The notes under the pieces were generated by a model. The model did no database searches, was not told where the DNA came from, and saw only the letters and a list, made by a program, of their open reading frames with translations. A stretch of 64,000 nt of DNA from Octopus sinensis (Eukaryota). The stretch's first letter is position 1. Each line of letters opens with the position of its first letter. The position numbers were made by a program, and so were the translations under genes. The stretch lies in the NCBI RefSeq assembly GCF_006345805.1, contig NC_042997.1, forward strand, positions 111,972,001 through 112,036,000, written 5' to 3'. This document shows positions 53,495 to 64,000 of the stretch, in pieces.

Positions 53495-53755
53495 TATTTA
53501 AATGATAAACTTCTGGAAAGTTTTACAGATTCTTATAGTTCCAATTAAGGCTTGGATCTGTAGTCTTCGAATTAGTTTTCTCCTTTCTGGTTTTAAGAAG
53601 CCTAATTTCTCAAGATTGGTATTTAGGAAGTGTGTTACATATCCCAGAACCCCAATAATTACAGGTATAAACCAGAACTTGCAATCTGGATAGACTAACT
53701 GTAGATTTCTCAATAGTTCAACATAGGTATTCTCTTTTTCACAGATCTTCAGCTG
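53495..53755 (-). mobile_element. RLE-type LINE 3' end
   Basis: EKENTYVELLRNLQLVYPDCKFWFIPVIIGVLGYV...GTIRICKTF; paralogue of 11370-11735. Confidence 0.8.
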
Positions 53756-53867
53756 CAACAGCAGCAGCAGTGGCAGGGGCAGCAGCAGAAAACCAGAATT
53801 AAATAAAGTGGTTAAAGTGGTTAAGTTAGTTAAAGTGGTCGACAGAATAAGTACCAGCCTTGTTATA

Positions 53868-54545
53868 TAAGGCGGCAAGCTGGCAGAAACATTAGCATGC
53901 TGGGTGAAATGCTTAGCAGTATTTCGTCTGCTGTTACGTTCTGAGTTCAAATTCCGCCAAGGTCAACTTTGTCTTTCATCTTTTTGGGGTCGATAAATTA
54001 AGTAACAGTTATGCACTGAGGTTGATGTAATCGACTTAATTCCTTTGTCAGTCCTTGTTTGTCCCCTCTATGTTTAGCCCCTTTTGGGCAATAAAGAAAT
54101 AAGAATAAGTATCAGCCTTAAAAAAAAAAACAGAGAAAAACATAGACACAGGAATGGCTTTGTGGTAAGAAGCTTGCTTCCCAACCACATGGTTCCAGGT
54201 TCAGTTCCACTGCGTAGCACCTTGGGCAAGTTTCTTCTACTATAGCCTCAGGCCAACCAGAGCCTTGCGAGTGGATTTGGTAGATGGAAACTGAAAGAAG
54301 CCCATCATATATATATATGTATATGTATATATTTGTGTGTGTGTCTGTGCTTGTCTCCCCCACCATTACTTGACAACTTATGTTGATATGTTTATATCCC
54401 CGTAACCTAGCAGTTCGGCAAAAGAGACTGATAGAATAAGTACTAGGCTTACAAAGAATAAGTCCTGGGGGTCGATTTGTTTGACTTAAAGGCGGTGCTC
54501 AAGCATGGTCACAATGAAATGAGTGAAACAAGGAAATGACTAAAT
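53868..54545 (+). mobile_element. SINE S1 (53868-54103) and full-length S2 (54148-54545), both CpG-depleted
   Basis: Family motifs with many CG>TG/CA changes. Confidence 0.85.
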
Positions 54546-54674
54546 GACATACTGGAGTTGATTTGCTCCACTAAAACCCTTCAAGGTGGTGGTGCCCCAG
54601 CATGGCCACAGTCAAGTGACTGAAACAAATTAAAGAAAATATAACAGAAAAACCCAAACACAACTTGATACATT

Positions 54675-55105
54675 CTCTCCTCTCCTTCTCTCTCTCTTTC
54701 TTTCTGCCCTCTCTTCTCTCTCTCTCCTTTCTCTGCTCTCTCCTCTCCCCTCTCTCTCCTTCTTTCTCTCTCACCTCTTTCTTCTCTCCCCTCTCCCCTC
54801 GTTCTCCTCTCCCTCTCGCCTTCTCTCTCTGCTCTCTCCTCTCCCTCTCTTCCCCCTCTCCTTCTCTCTCTTCTTCCCTCTCTCTCTCTGCTTTCTTCTC
54901 TCCCTCTCTCCTCTCACCTCCCTTCCTTCTTTCTCTCTCTCTGTTTTTCTCTCCCCTCTCTCTCCTCTCCCCCTCTCTTTCTCTCTCTGCTCTTTCATCT
55001 CCCCTCTCTCCTTCTTTCTCTCCCTCTGCTTTCTCCTCTCCTCTCCCCCTCCTCTCCTCTCTCTCCTCCCCTTCTTTCTCTTCCTTTTCTCTCATCACTA
55101 CTTTA
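54675..55105. repeat. Pure polypyrimidine (CT-rich) tract, ~430 bp
   Basis: Visible. Confidence 0.95.
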
Positions 55106-55503
55106 TCCTCCCACAGCTTGAAAGACTCTCTCAGTGTTCTCACTATTTCCTCACACTCCTCCCCACAGTAAACAAAACAAATAAATAATAAACTCTTGTT
55201 AAATTGTTTTAATTTTTCACTAAATTAAGAAAATTCCAGCACATTGGAAATTAATCGATAATGACGTGTGCCTCAGACAGAAATAGACTTTCTTATCATT
55301 ACTTAATTACTGTAATAAAGAAACAAAACCTTCACCTGAAAATGAATCGATAAGTTCTTTAAAGCATTCTTGCTAATTTGGAGTGGAAACGCTTAAACTG
55401 CGGATCTTTAGGAAATAGAAACTCGCTTTGTAACCGCAGGGTTTTGGGTTCAAGTTAACCTGGTGACACCTTGGGCAATTGTCTTCCATAGTAGCCCCGG
55501 ATG

Positions 55504-56015
55504 CGAAATTTTTTTCCCCACGAGAGTTCTTGACCCCAGTTATGAACTCATTTGCATACAGCCAATCAGAGCTCAACTATCAAACTAATTTATGATGATG
55601 ATAACAAGTGATGGGCGATAAGGTAAGATCACTTGGGTAAGGAATGAGCATGTGTCTTTTCTCATTTAAGAATGCTTGTTGTTCTTGTTCTTGTTTCAAC
55701 CATGGCTGCCTCTATGTTGTTGTTTACTTTGTAAAACAGTAAGGGGAGAGGGATGCCGGCACATCACCCTCTACCCACATCTTTACCATATGGGGCCCTA
55801 ACAAAATCTGATAATAGGTATAGATGCAAATCTATCTAATTACTTGTCTCCTTCTAAAATCAGGCATAACTTGGCAATTGGTCGACTTACAATACTGTTC
55901 TTCGTCTTGAGTTTACTTGGTTTTAACGTGACAACCAGGTGAAAGTGAGCTCTGATTGGCTGTATGCAAAGGAGTTCATTGCTGGGATCCAGAACTCTCG
56001 TGGGATAAAAAATCG
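55504..56015. mobile_element. Unclassified fold-back/MITE with ~70-bp terminal inverted repeats
   Basis: 55504-55575 is an imperfect inverted repeat of 55946-56015 (CCCACGAGAGTTCT..ATGAACTC.TTTGCATACAGCCAATCAGAGCTCA). Confidence 0.8.
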
Positions 56016-56457
56016 TGGGGGGATGGTGGAGGTAGAAACACTAAATTAAAATAACATTAGACAATAATTATATTCACAGGAAGTTGTGAGGGATTGAGGT
56101 GTTCTCCAAATGTGTGGAACATTTGTGGCTACAGGGTAGGTATGGGGTATTGTCATTTGATCTGACCTCATTATTCAATTTATGCAATTGATAAGGAAAC
56201 CAACAAATCAACATCATCACTGAAACTCAGTCATCAGTTTCGGGTCAGTGATTATGTGCCCCCACCATGAAAGTTCTAAGGTTCTACATGCATCTACCGA
56301 TAATAATATCTTATATCTTTGAACTTTACATTGTCAAAGCAAGTGACTAAATCCACTGAGACAAGGAACAAATAAAACTACTGACCTATCCTATACCTAC
56401 CTGAAAAGAGGAACACGCCTAAATAAGCACACTGGCTTACAAAGTTCTATATATATC

Positions 56458-56800
56458 ATCATCATCCTCATCATCGTTTAACGTCCGTTTTTCCATGCTG
56501 GCATGGGTTGGATGGTTCGACTGGGGTCTGGGAAGCCAGGAGGCTGCACCAGGCTCCAGTCTGATCTGGCAGTGTTTCTACAGCTGGATGCCCTTCCTAA
56601 CGCCAACCACTTCGAGAGTGTAGTGAGTGGTTTTTAAGTGCCACTGGCACAGGGGCCAGAGGAAGCTGGCAACGACCACAATTAGTTGGTGTTTTTACAT
56701 GCCACTGGCATGGAAGCCAGTCAAGGCAGCGCTGGCATTGGCCACGTGTGGATGGTGCTTTTTACGCACTACCGGCATGGGAACCACAACTATAATTTCC
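56458..56800 (-). mobile_element. RTE-family 3' UTR copy
   Basis: CATCATCGTTTAACGTCCGTTTTTCCATGCTGGCATGGG terminus. Confidence 0.85.
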
Positions 56801-57109
56801 ATTTGATTTTGATTTTGATGTACTTCACTTAATATATATATGAATAGATTCTAATCAATAACATGAACCCAAATTTAATCAATAAAAATTTCTCCAAACA
56901 ACCCACCTTTCAACAGAATTACTATTCCATTCAAACCCAGAAAATCAAAGATGGAGGATTAGCAAAGTTGTTAGAATGTCGAGAAAATTATCAGCAGTAT
57001 TTCTCTCTGCTCTCTTCTTTCAGAGTTCATATCCTGCCACAATTAATTTTGTCATTTGTCCTTTTGGGGTTGATAAAATTTTTAAAGAAAGAAAGAAAGA
57101 AAGAAAACT

Positions 57110-57428
57110 GGCACTCCATCAGTTACGACAATGAGAATTCACGTTGATCCAATCAGTGGAACAGCCTACTCATGAAATTAATGTGCAAGTGGCTGAGTAC
57201 TCCACAGACACATGTAATCTTAATGTAGTTCTCAGGGAGATTCAGTGAGACACAGAATGTGACATGGCTACCATTGAACTACAGGTACCACTCATTTTTA
57301 TCAGCTGAGTAAATTGGAGCAACATGAAATGAAGTGTGTTGCTGAAGGACACAAATCATTGCCTAGGAATCAAACTCATCACTTTACAATCATGAGCCAA
57401 CTACCCTAACCACTAAGCCATGTGCCTC
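57110..57428 (-). mobile_element. SINE S3, CpG-depleted
   Basis: Homologous to 41828-42142. Confidence 0.8.
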
Positions 57429-57847
57429 CATGGGTTGATAAAATAAAATACCATTTAAGCACTGAGCCCACTAGTATCGAAATGGTTGGCCTTGTCTCTA
57501 AATTAAAAGCAATTATTTCACAAGAAATTCATAGACTGATGACAGTTTCCTCTAAGACAGTGTTTGTGATCAGAGTGGAAGCCCCATCACCCTGAAGGAA
57601 GAGGGGAGCAGTGAAATTAAATAAATAGGGAGCCGAAAAATTGCCGTGTCTGATAAAATTAAAATGGTTTTTGAGCTTTTTAAACTTATCCAATACCAAA
57701 ACAGAAAGATGAATTGTTTTGATTGGAGACTCTTTTGTGTCTTTTTGATTAAACCTTTTGTTACCATATTTCTGTTGAAACTGTAGCAGATTCAAAACTG
57801 AATCACTGAATAGCCAAATAAACATCACAGCTAAACCATTGTCGATT

Positions 57848-57933
57848 CACGTGATTGGCCAATTAATCCACCAATCAGTGTCAAGCAGTCCTGTGATTCA
57901 ATTTTCTAGAACTTTCTAATGAGCCTTATAAAA
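57848..57933 (+). promoter_or_regulatory. Candidate stress-inducible promoter: E-box, three CCAAT boxes, heat-shock element, TATA
   Basis: CACGTG 57848, ATTGG 57854, CCAAT 57859 and 57871, TTC-TA-GAA-CT-TTC 57904-57916, TATAAAA 57927-57933. Confidence 0.45.
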
Positions 57934-58671
57934 AGGTTGCTTTTGGTGGCAACTGAAGAATGATGAGACAGCCTTTCTAACATCTCCATTCTCATTTTAT
58001 TTACCAACCGTTGGCAGATAAAAGACACAGGTTTTGTCACCATGAACATAGCACTATTGTTTTCCAGTCGTGATGGACCAACCACAGATTAATACATACC
58101 AGTTATATTGGCATAGATCCCAGAAGTATGTCTCTCCTGGTGTCTAATTGTCACTGTTAGTTTTTGTCAAAAGACCAATGCAAAAAGTACAATGTGCAGT
58201 AAATAAGGTGTCTGTTAATTGTTCATGAATGTTGTTAATAATTTTTTACTTGCAGAGCTAAAAAGATATTTTCATTCACAAATGACACCATCATGACAAA
58301 ATAATCTACCTTTCTTTTCTTTCTTTCTTTTTCTTTCATTTTTTTTTTCTAGTTTGCTCCAAGCAATTAGGTAGAAGTGAGAGGTAGAGATAAGAAGCTG
58401 CGATCTTAAACATGAAATACTCAACAATTAATTGTCTTGTTTTTTCATGTAGCTGTTATTTTCAAATAGTTGTATTTCACATTACGTATTTATTTATTAA
58501 TTGTATTGGAAAACATAAGTGTTATCGTGTATGTCATATTGAAACGTTTATACTGCAGAAGAGAGAAATGTTTTAGTTAACATCGTAATATGATAATTGT
58601 ATGTAGATATTATAAACAGAATAAGGTAGGTAATTATATGGAAAGTTGTTTGCGTATCTGTTGATGTGTAT

Positions 58672-58945
58672 CATCATCATCATCATCGTTTAACGTCCGC
58701 TTTCCATGCTGGCATGAGTTGGATGATTTGACTTAGGACTGGCAAGCCAGGAGGCTGCACCAGCATCCAATCTGATATGGCAAAGTTTCTACAGCTAGAT
58801 GCCCTTCCTAATGCCAACCACTCCGTGAGTGTAGTGGTTGGTTTTACACGCCAGTCAGGTGGTTCTGGCAATGACTATGCTCAAAAGGTGTTTTTATATG
58901 CTACCTGCATGGGAGACAGTCAGGCGGCACTGGCAACGACCACAC
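58672..58945 (-). mobile_element. RTE-family 3' UTR copy
   Basis: Same terminus as 56458. Confidence 0.85.
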
Positions 58946-59239
58946 TCAAATCATCTTTGTCAAAACTGAAATACGAGTCAGACATTTTGTTGTCAGTGAG
59001 CAGGAACATGACCGGTGATGTACCAATGTCCAACAAGGAATTGGGGAAGGACAAAAATTTCTTTTACAGAGGTATTACCAAATTTCTTACTCTTTTCTCC
59101 TTCTCCAAGAGTTATTGATGATAGCTATACAGAAAATTCGACATTCAGAGCTTAGAGACGAGTATAATTGTAAAAAATCTATCTTTCAGCTATATAAGTT
59201 TTCAACATAACAGACTCATCAGCACCAGACAAGATGTTT

Positions 59240-59960
59240 CACAGTATTTCTTCCGGCTTTACGTTCTGAGTTCAAATTCTCCCGAAGTCGACTTTGCCTT
59301 TCATCCTTTCAGGGTCGATAAAGTAAGTACCAGTTGCACACTGAGGTCGATGTAATCAGCTTAGCCTCCCCACAAAATTTCAGGCCTTGTGTCTTTAATG
59401 GAAAGTATTATAGAAGTCTTCGTCTTCTTCCCCAATCTCCATTAAAATAAAACACTGTGGGCGCTGGTCTACATATTTTATACAAAAGATACATAATGGA
59501 TGGATGGGATTCTACAAAATAATCTGGATTGTGGGCAAAAAGCTTGCTTCCCAACCACATGGTTTTGGGTTCTGTCCCACTGTGTGGAACCATGGGCGTC
59601 TTCTACTATAGCCTTGGACCAATCAAAACCTTGTCAGCGGATTTGGTAGATGGAAAATGAAAGAAACCAGCCATGTATGTGTGTGTGTATGTGTGTGTGT
59701 GTGTGTGTACGTGTGTGTGTTTGTTTGTTTGTTTGTTCCCCTCTCTCACTTGACAAGCGGTGCTGGTGAATTGCCGTCCCCATAACTAATAGTTTCTGCC
59801 AAAGGGACCACCAGAATAAGTATCATGCTTTAAAAATGAATAAATAAATGAATAAGTAAATAAATAAATAAATAAATACTGGGGTTGATTTATTCAACAA
59901 GAAAATTCTTCAAGGCGGTGCTCCAGCATGACCGCAGTCTAATGACTGAAATAAGTCACA
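59240..59960 (+). mobile_element. SINE S1 (59240-59405) and full-length S2 (59530-59960)
   Basis: Family motifs. Confidence 0.75.
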
Positions 59961-59974
59961 GGTAAAAGGTAGGA

Positions 59975-61100
59975 GGCACAGGCATGGCTGTGAGGTTAGA
60001 AGCTCACTTTGCAAGCACATGGTTGCAGGTTCAGTCCCACTGTGTGGCACCTTGGGCAAGTATCTTCTACTACAGCCCCAGGTCAACCAATGCCTTGTGA
60101 ATGAATTTGGTACTCGGAAACTGTACGGAAGCTCATCGCACATATATACATATATATATATATGTATGATGCATGTGTACGAACAGCCATACTACATGGC
60201 AGTAAAACATGGGCTGTGACTGCTGAGAACATGCATAAGCTCGCAAGGAATGAAGCCAGTATGCTCCAATGGATGTGTAATGTCAGTGTGCATACTCGAC
60301 AGAGTGTAAGTACCTTGAGAGAAAAGTTGAACCTAAGAAGCATCAGATGTGGTGTGCAAGAGAGACGACTGCGTTGGTATGGTCATGTGGCGAGAATGGA
60401 TGAGGATAGCTGTGTGAAAAAGTGCCACACCCTAGTAGTTGAGGGAACCTGTGGAAGAGGTAGACCCAGGAAGACCTGGGATGAAGTGGTGAACCATGAC
60501 CTTTGAACATTGGACCTCACCCAGGCAATGACTAGTGACCGGGACCTTTGGAAATATGCTGTGCTGGAGAAGACTCGACAAGCCCAAGTGAGACTGTAAC
60601 CTCGTGACCTATGCCAGGGGTGTAACCAGCCCACTTATTCGTACCTTTCCTTCATTGGACACTAAACTCTGCTTGCGAAGACCTGTTGAGGCAAGTGAAA
60701 TCGAAATCAAAATCAAATTCGATGACTGGCATCCATGATAGTGGAGCACTAAGAATACCATACAAACGTGATTGTTGCCAGAGCAACAAACTGGCTCCTG
60801 TGCAGGTGGCACGTAAAAGCACCCACTACGCTCTCGGAGTGGTTGGCTTTAGGAAGGGCATCCAGCTGTAGAAACTGCCAGATCAGATTGGAGTCTGGTG
60901 CAACCATCTGGTTCACCAGACTTCAGTCAAACTGATGTTGTTTATTTACATCCCCTGAATTTATCATTTCGGCAAAAGAATCCATTTGAATAAGCACCAG
61001 ACTTTGAAAATATGTCCTGTAGTCGATCTCTTTGAATAAAACCCTTCATGGTGGTGCCCCAGCATGATTGCAGTCTGATGGCTGAAACAAGTAAAAGCTA
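59975..61100 (+). mobile_element. SINE S2 split by an RTE LINE insertion at its central (TA)n
   Basis: Head 59975-60145, RTE 60165-60935, tail 60940-61100. Confidence 0.75.
60165..60599 (+). pseudogene. RTE-clade LINE ORF C-terminus
   Basis: YDACVRTAILHGSKTW...RRLRWYGHVARM...GRGRPRKTWDEVV; TGA at 60504-60506 interrupts a frame that continues AMTSDRDLWKYAV. Confidence 0.9.
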
Positions 61101-61807
61101 AAAGATAAAATTATCTCCTGTTCGATTAAAATAATGCACCAATTTCATGTGATGAGTGCAAGATAGGGAAAGGATGTTTGTAAAACCCTTTTTTGGTGAT
61201 AAGTTACGAAAGGTTGGGCCCCACTGATCTGCGTTCATTTTTTCATGTCTATTTTTTTAAAAATTCCAGTACAGTGTCAAAAATTGCATCAGAAAAGATG
61301 TCTTTCCAAATAATATTAGACAGTATCTGTAGCAAACAAAAACAAACTATACACACGAACAAGGCCAAGACATCCATCTGTTATCGCAGCATGTCAGTCT
61401 TGTTTATTATAATAGATATCGGTTTTGTCAAACTCGTGTGGAAAATATCACACACATCATTAATAACGTCTCGATTGTGTAACATGGTAGAGCCTTCTTA
61501 TGAGATATATTATGATAAGAACCATTTAGAATGTTATCAGATAAAAGATTATGCATGTTCTACGTATTTCAACTATCAACAAACTTGAATCCATCTATTC
61601 GTTTGATAACAAGGAATATTTGTGAAACATTTCAACTAAAACCTTTATCTTGCAAGAATAACTAAATAGACATGGGAACAGAAAGTTTTTTTTCTGTTTG
61701 TAGAGATCAGGGATGTTGTATGATGAACATTCAATCAAGAGTCAGTGAAATTCATTTTGAAATATCACCATTTAATACCATATTTGTGGCAGTTGTACCT
61801 TAGTTTC

Positions 61808-62262
61808 ATCATCATTATCGTTTAATGTCCTCTTCCCATGCTAGCATGGGTTGGACGATTTTGACTGAGGGCTGGCGAACTAGACGGCCGCACCAGGCTC
61901 CAATCTTGATTGGCAGAGTTCTACAGCTGGATGCCCTTCCTAATGCCAACCACTCTGAAAGTGTAGTGGGTGCTTTTTACATGCCACCGGCACGGGGGCC
62001 AATCAGGCGGTACTGGCAATGACATCGCTCGAATCTTTTTACACATGCCACCAGCACAGGTGCCAGTAAGGCGACGTTGGTAACAATCATGCTTAAATGG
62101 TGCCCTTTTACGTGCTACCAGTACGGAAGCCAGTTAGCCGCTCTGGCAACGACCATGCTCGGATGGTGCTCTTGGCACCCAACTAGAACAGGCACAAGTA
62201 CCAGTAAGGCGACGCTGGTAACGATCACACTCGAATGGTGCCCTTTTATGTGTCACTGGCAC
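61808..62262 (-). mobile_element. RTE-family 3' UTR copy with tandem units
   Basis: Same terminus and repeated GTAAGGCGACG.TGGTAAC.ATCA units. Confidence 0.85.
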
Positions 62263-62627
62263 ATTCAAATTAAGAATGATTGGTGCGCTTCGTTTGTATA
62301 AACCACTGTTTGTGCTGCAACAAAGGTCAGCACTTCACAGAACGAATAGAAACAAATGATTTGAGTTCGTTTGTTTTCAATTTTTACAGTGGAATTTTTG
62401 ATATATATAAATATTTTCCCAAAAGAGGACATTTGGCTGAAAAATGAATCTTGTCTTTTGGAACCCGTGTCTTGTGCGATTGGATAAATAAACATCTGTT
62501 AAATACAAAGACATGCTGATATAGAAAGACTAATGGTGTATATCATATTTGCAAAGTACATAATTAAAAATACACTTGATATAAAATGACAGAAACAAGA
62601 ATCGTAGCTTTTTGAAAGAGGAGAAAC

Positions 62628-62651
62628 CAAAATGGCGAATGCAAAATGGAG
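62628..62651. promoter_or_regulatory. Two YY1-like motifs in a CpG-retaining region (possible minus-strand TSS region)
   Basis: CAAAATGGCG 62628-62637 and CAAAATGGAG 62642-62651, at the right edge of the CpG-decay domain. Confidence 0.25.
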
Positions 62652-62989
62652 GCAAAGAGAAGATTGCTTTGCAATGGCAGAGAGAGAGGCGTGAGCGAGA
62701 GAAGGAGAGAGAAAAAGACAAACAGACAGACAAACAGACACGCAGACAGACTAACGGACAGACATACGCACAGACAGACGGAGACAGGGATGGTAGAAGA
62801 AAATGTAAAGAGAATTCGAAAGCGGGAAAAAAAAATATATTTGATGAGTTTGAGATCTGAAATGTCGCCACACCCTTCCTATTGAATAACTTCCCATTAT
62901 CTAATAACTGATATTTTTTTAATAAACCAGGTAGTTTTGCTGCGGAATTGGTCTATACACGTATATGAACACATGACGGGAGACGTCAT

Positions 62990-62996
62990 TTCTGTA

Positions 62997-63028
<32 letters not shown>

Positions 63029-63199
63029 ATATATATGATGATGATATATATATATATATATGTATGTATGTATGTATGTGTGCGTACGATATGATTGTAC
63101 GTACGTATGTAATATGTGTGTGTATATGCGTTATGTGAGTATGACTGTTGGAGCGTGTTTCTATTAGAAACAGCCGACGTGAACACGTAGGTGTGTGTA

Positions 63200-63235
<36 letters not shown>

Positions 63236-63686
63236 CTATATTCAAAAAGTGTGCTTTTGTTTGTGCCTATGTGTGCGTAATCTTTCGAATGCGTGGTTAG
63301 CAAGAACAGCCATAAAGAAGAAGTGGTGTGTGTGTGACAAGCATCCATGTTTAGGATGAGTCAATACGTGTGTGCGTGTGCGTTCGCGTGTGCATGCGCA
63401 TGTATGTGTGTGTGTGTGTGTATTTATATGTATATATATATATTCCTATTTTGTCTGAAAGTCCTTCCCTATAGCGTAAACACATTTACTGTTTGATCAA
63501 ACCATTTTAAATTTCAAAAGCTACACACTGATTTCATTGACAGGTAGATTTTAAGAAAGGGTCGCTTTAATAAGCGTGTATGAGTGCTTATGTCTGTGTG
63601 TGTGTGTGTGTGTGCTTATACGTTTATCAGTTTGCATGTGTCAATACGCCTAAAACCCTGCATGTATGTCAGTAGGTAGCTGTATA

Positions 63687-63719
<33 letters not shown>

Positions 63720-63942
63720 GCTGCGTGTGCGTGTTTGCTAATGTCTGTGTGTGGACCTCTATCTAAGTATGAATGTCAATATAAAGACTGCGCGCGCAGA
63801 CACAGACACACATAAACATACGCATAAACATACACACATACACGCATAATCATACACACACACGTGCAAACATTATAGGTTTTTTTGTGTAGTTTCTCGT
63901 TTTAGTCTGCATCTGTTACTATGCCTGGAACATACATATATC

Positions 63943-63987
<45 letters not shown>

Positions 63988-64000
63988 TATATATATATAT
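62990..64000. repeat. Compound (TG)n/(TA)n microsatellite field
   Basis: Visible. Confidence 0.85.

Noticed and set aside
54571-55171. Long Glu/Arg-rich and Ser/Leu-rich ORFs
   Set aside because: Translations of the CT-rich low-complexity tract.
61193-61588. 131-aa plus-strand ORF
   Set aside because: No recognisable motif; starts at GTG in AT-rich sequence.

Overview
Eukaryotic, very repeat-rich non-coding DNA. The density of (TA)n/(CA)n/(TATG)n microsatellites and the SINE families suggest an octopus-type cephalopod genome (inference). No host protein-coding exon can be recognised with confidence, and almost all listed ORFs are microsatellite translations. Recognisable coding remnants all come from mobile elements: a Penelope-like (PLE) reverse transcriptase (1-1047, minus, runs off the window), a PLE GIY-YIG C-terminus, a Helitron helicase fragment, CR1, RTE and restriction-like-endonuclease (R4/Dong- and NeSL-like) LINE ends, and Tc1, mariner and pogo/Tigger transposase relics. 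There are also hAT and piggyBac-like MITEs, two solo-LTR-like segments and about 35 tRNA-derived SINE copies of 4 families. The most striking signal is about 10 type-I hammerhead ribozyme motifs from at least 5 sequence families, all with the palindromic minimal stem III typical of PLE hammerheads. One family sits behind a tRNA-like Pol III head (a candidate ribozyme-carrying SINE) and one has a ~95-nt extended stem II and inverted flanks. Other notable features are modular Helitrons, one family carrying a LINE ORF1-like fragment; a CpG-decay domain at ~50.5-62 kb that suggests a methylated host gene body; and several promoter- or enhancer-like motif clusters, including HSE+CCAAT+TATA at 57.85-57.93 kb.
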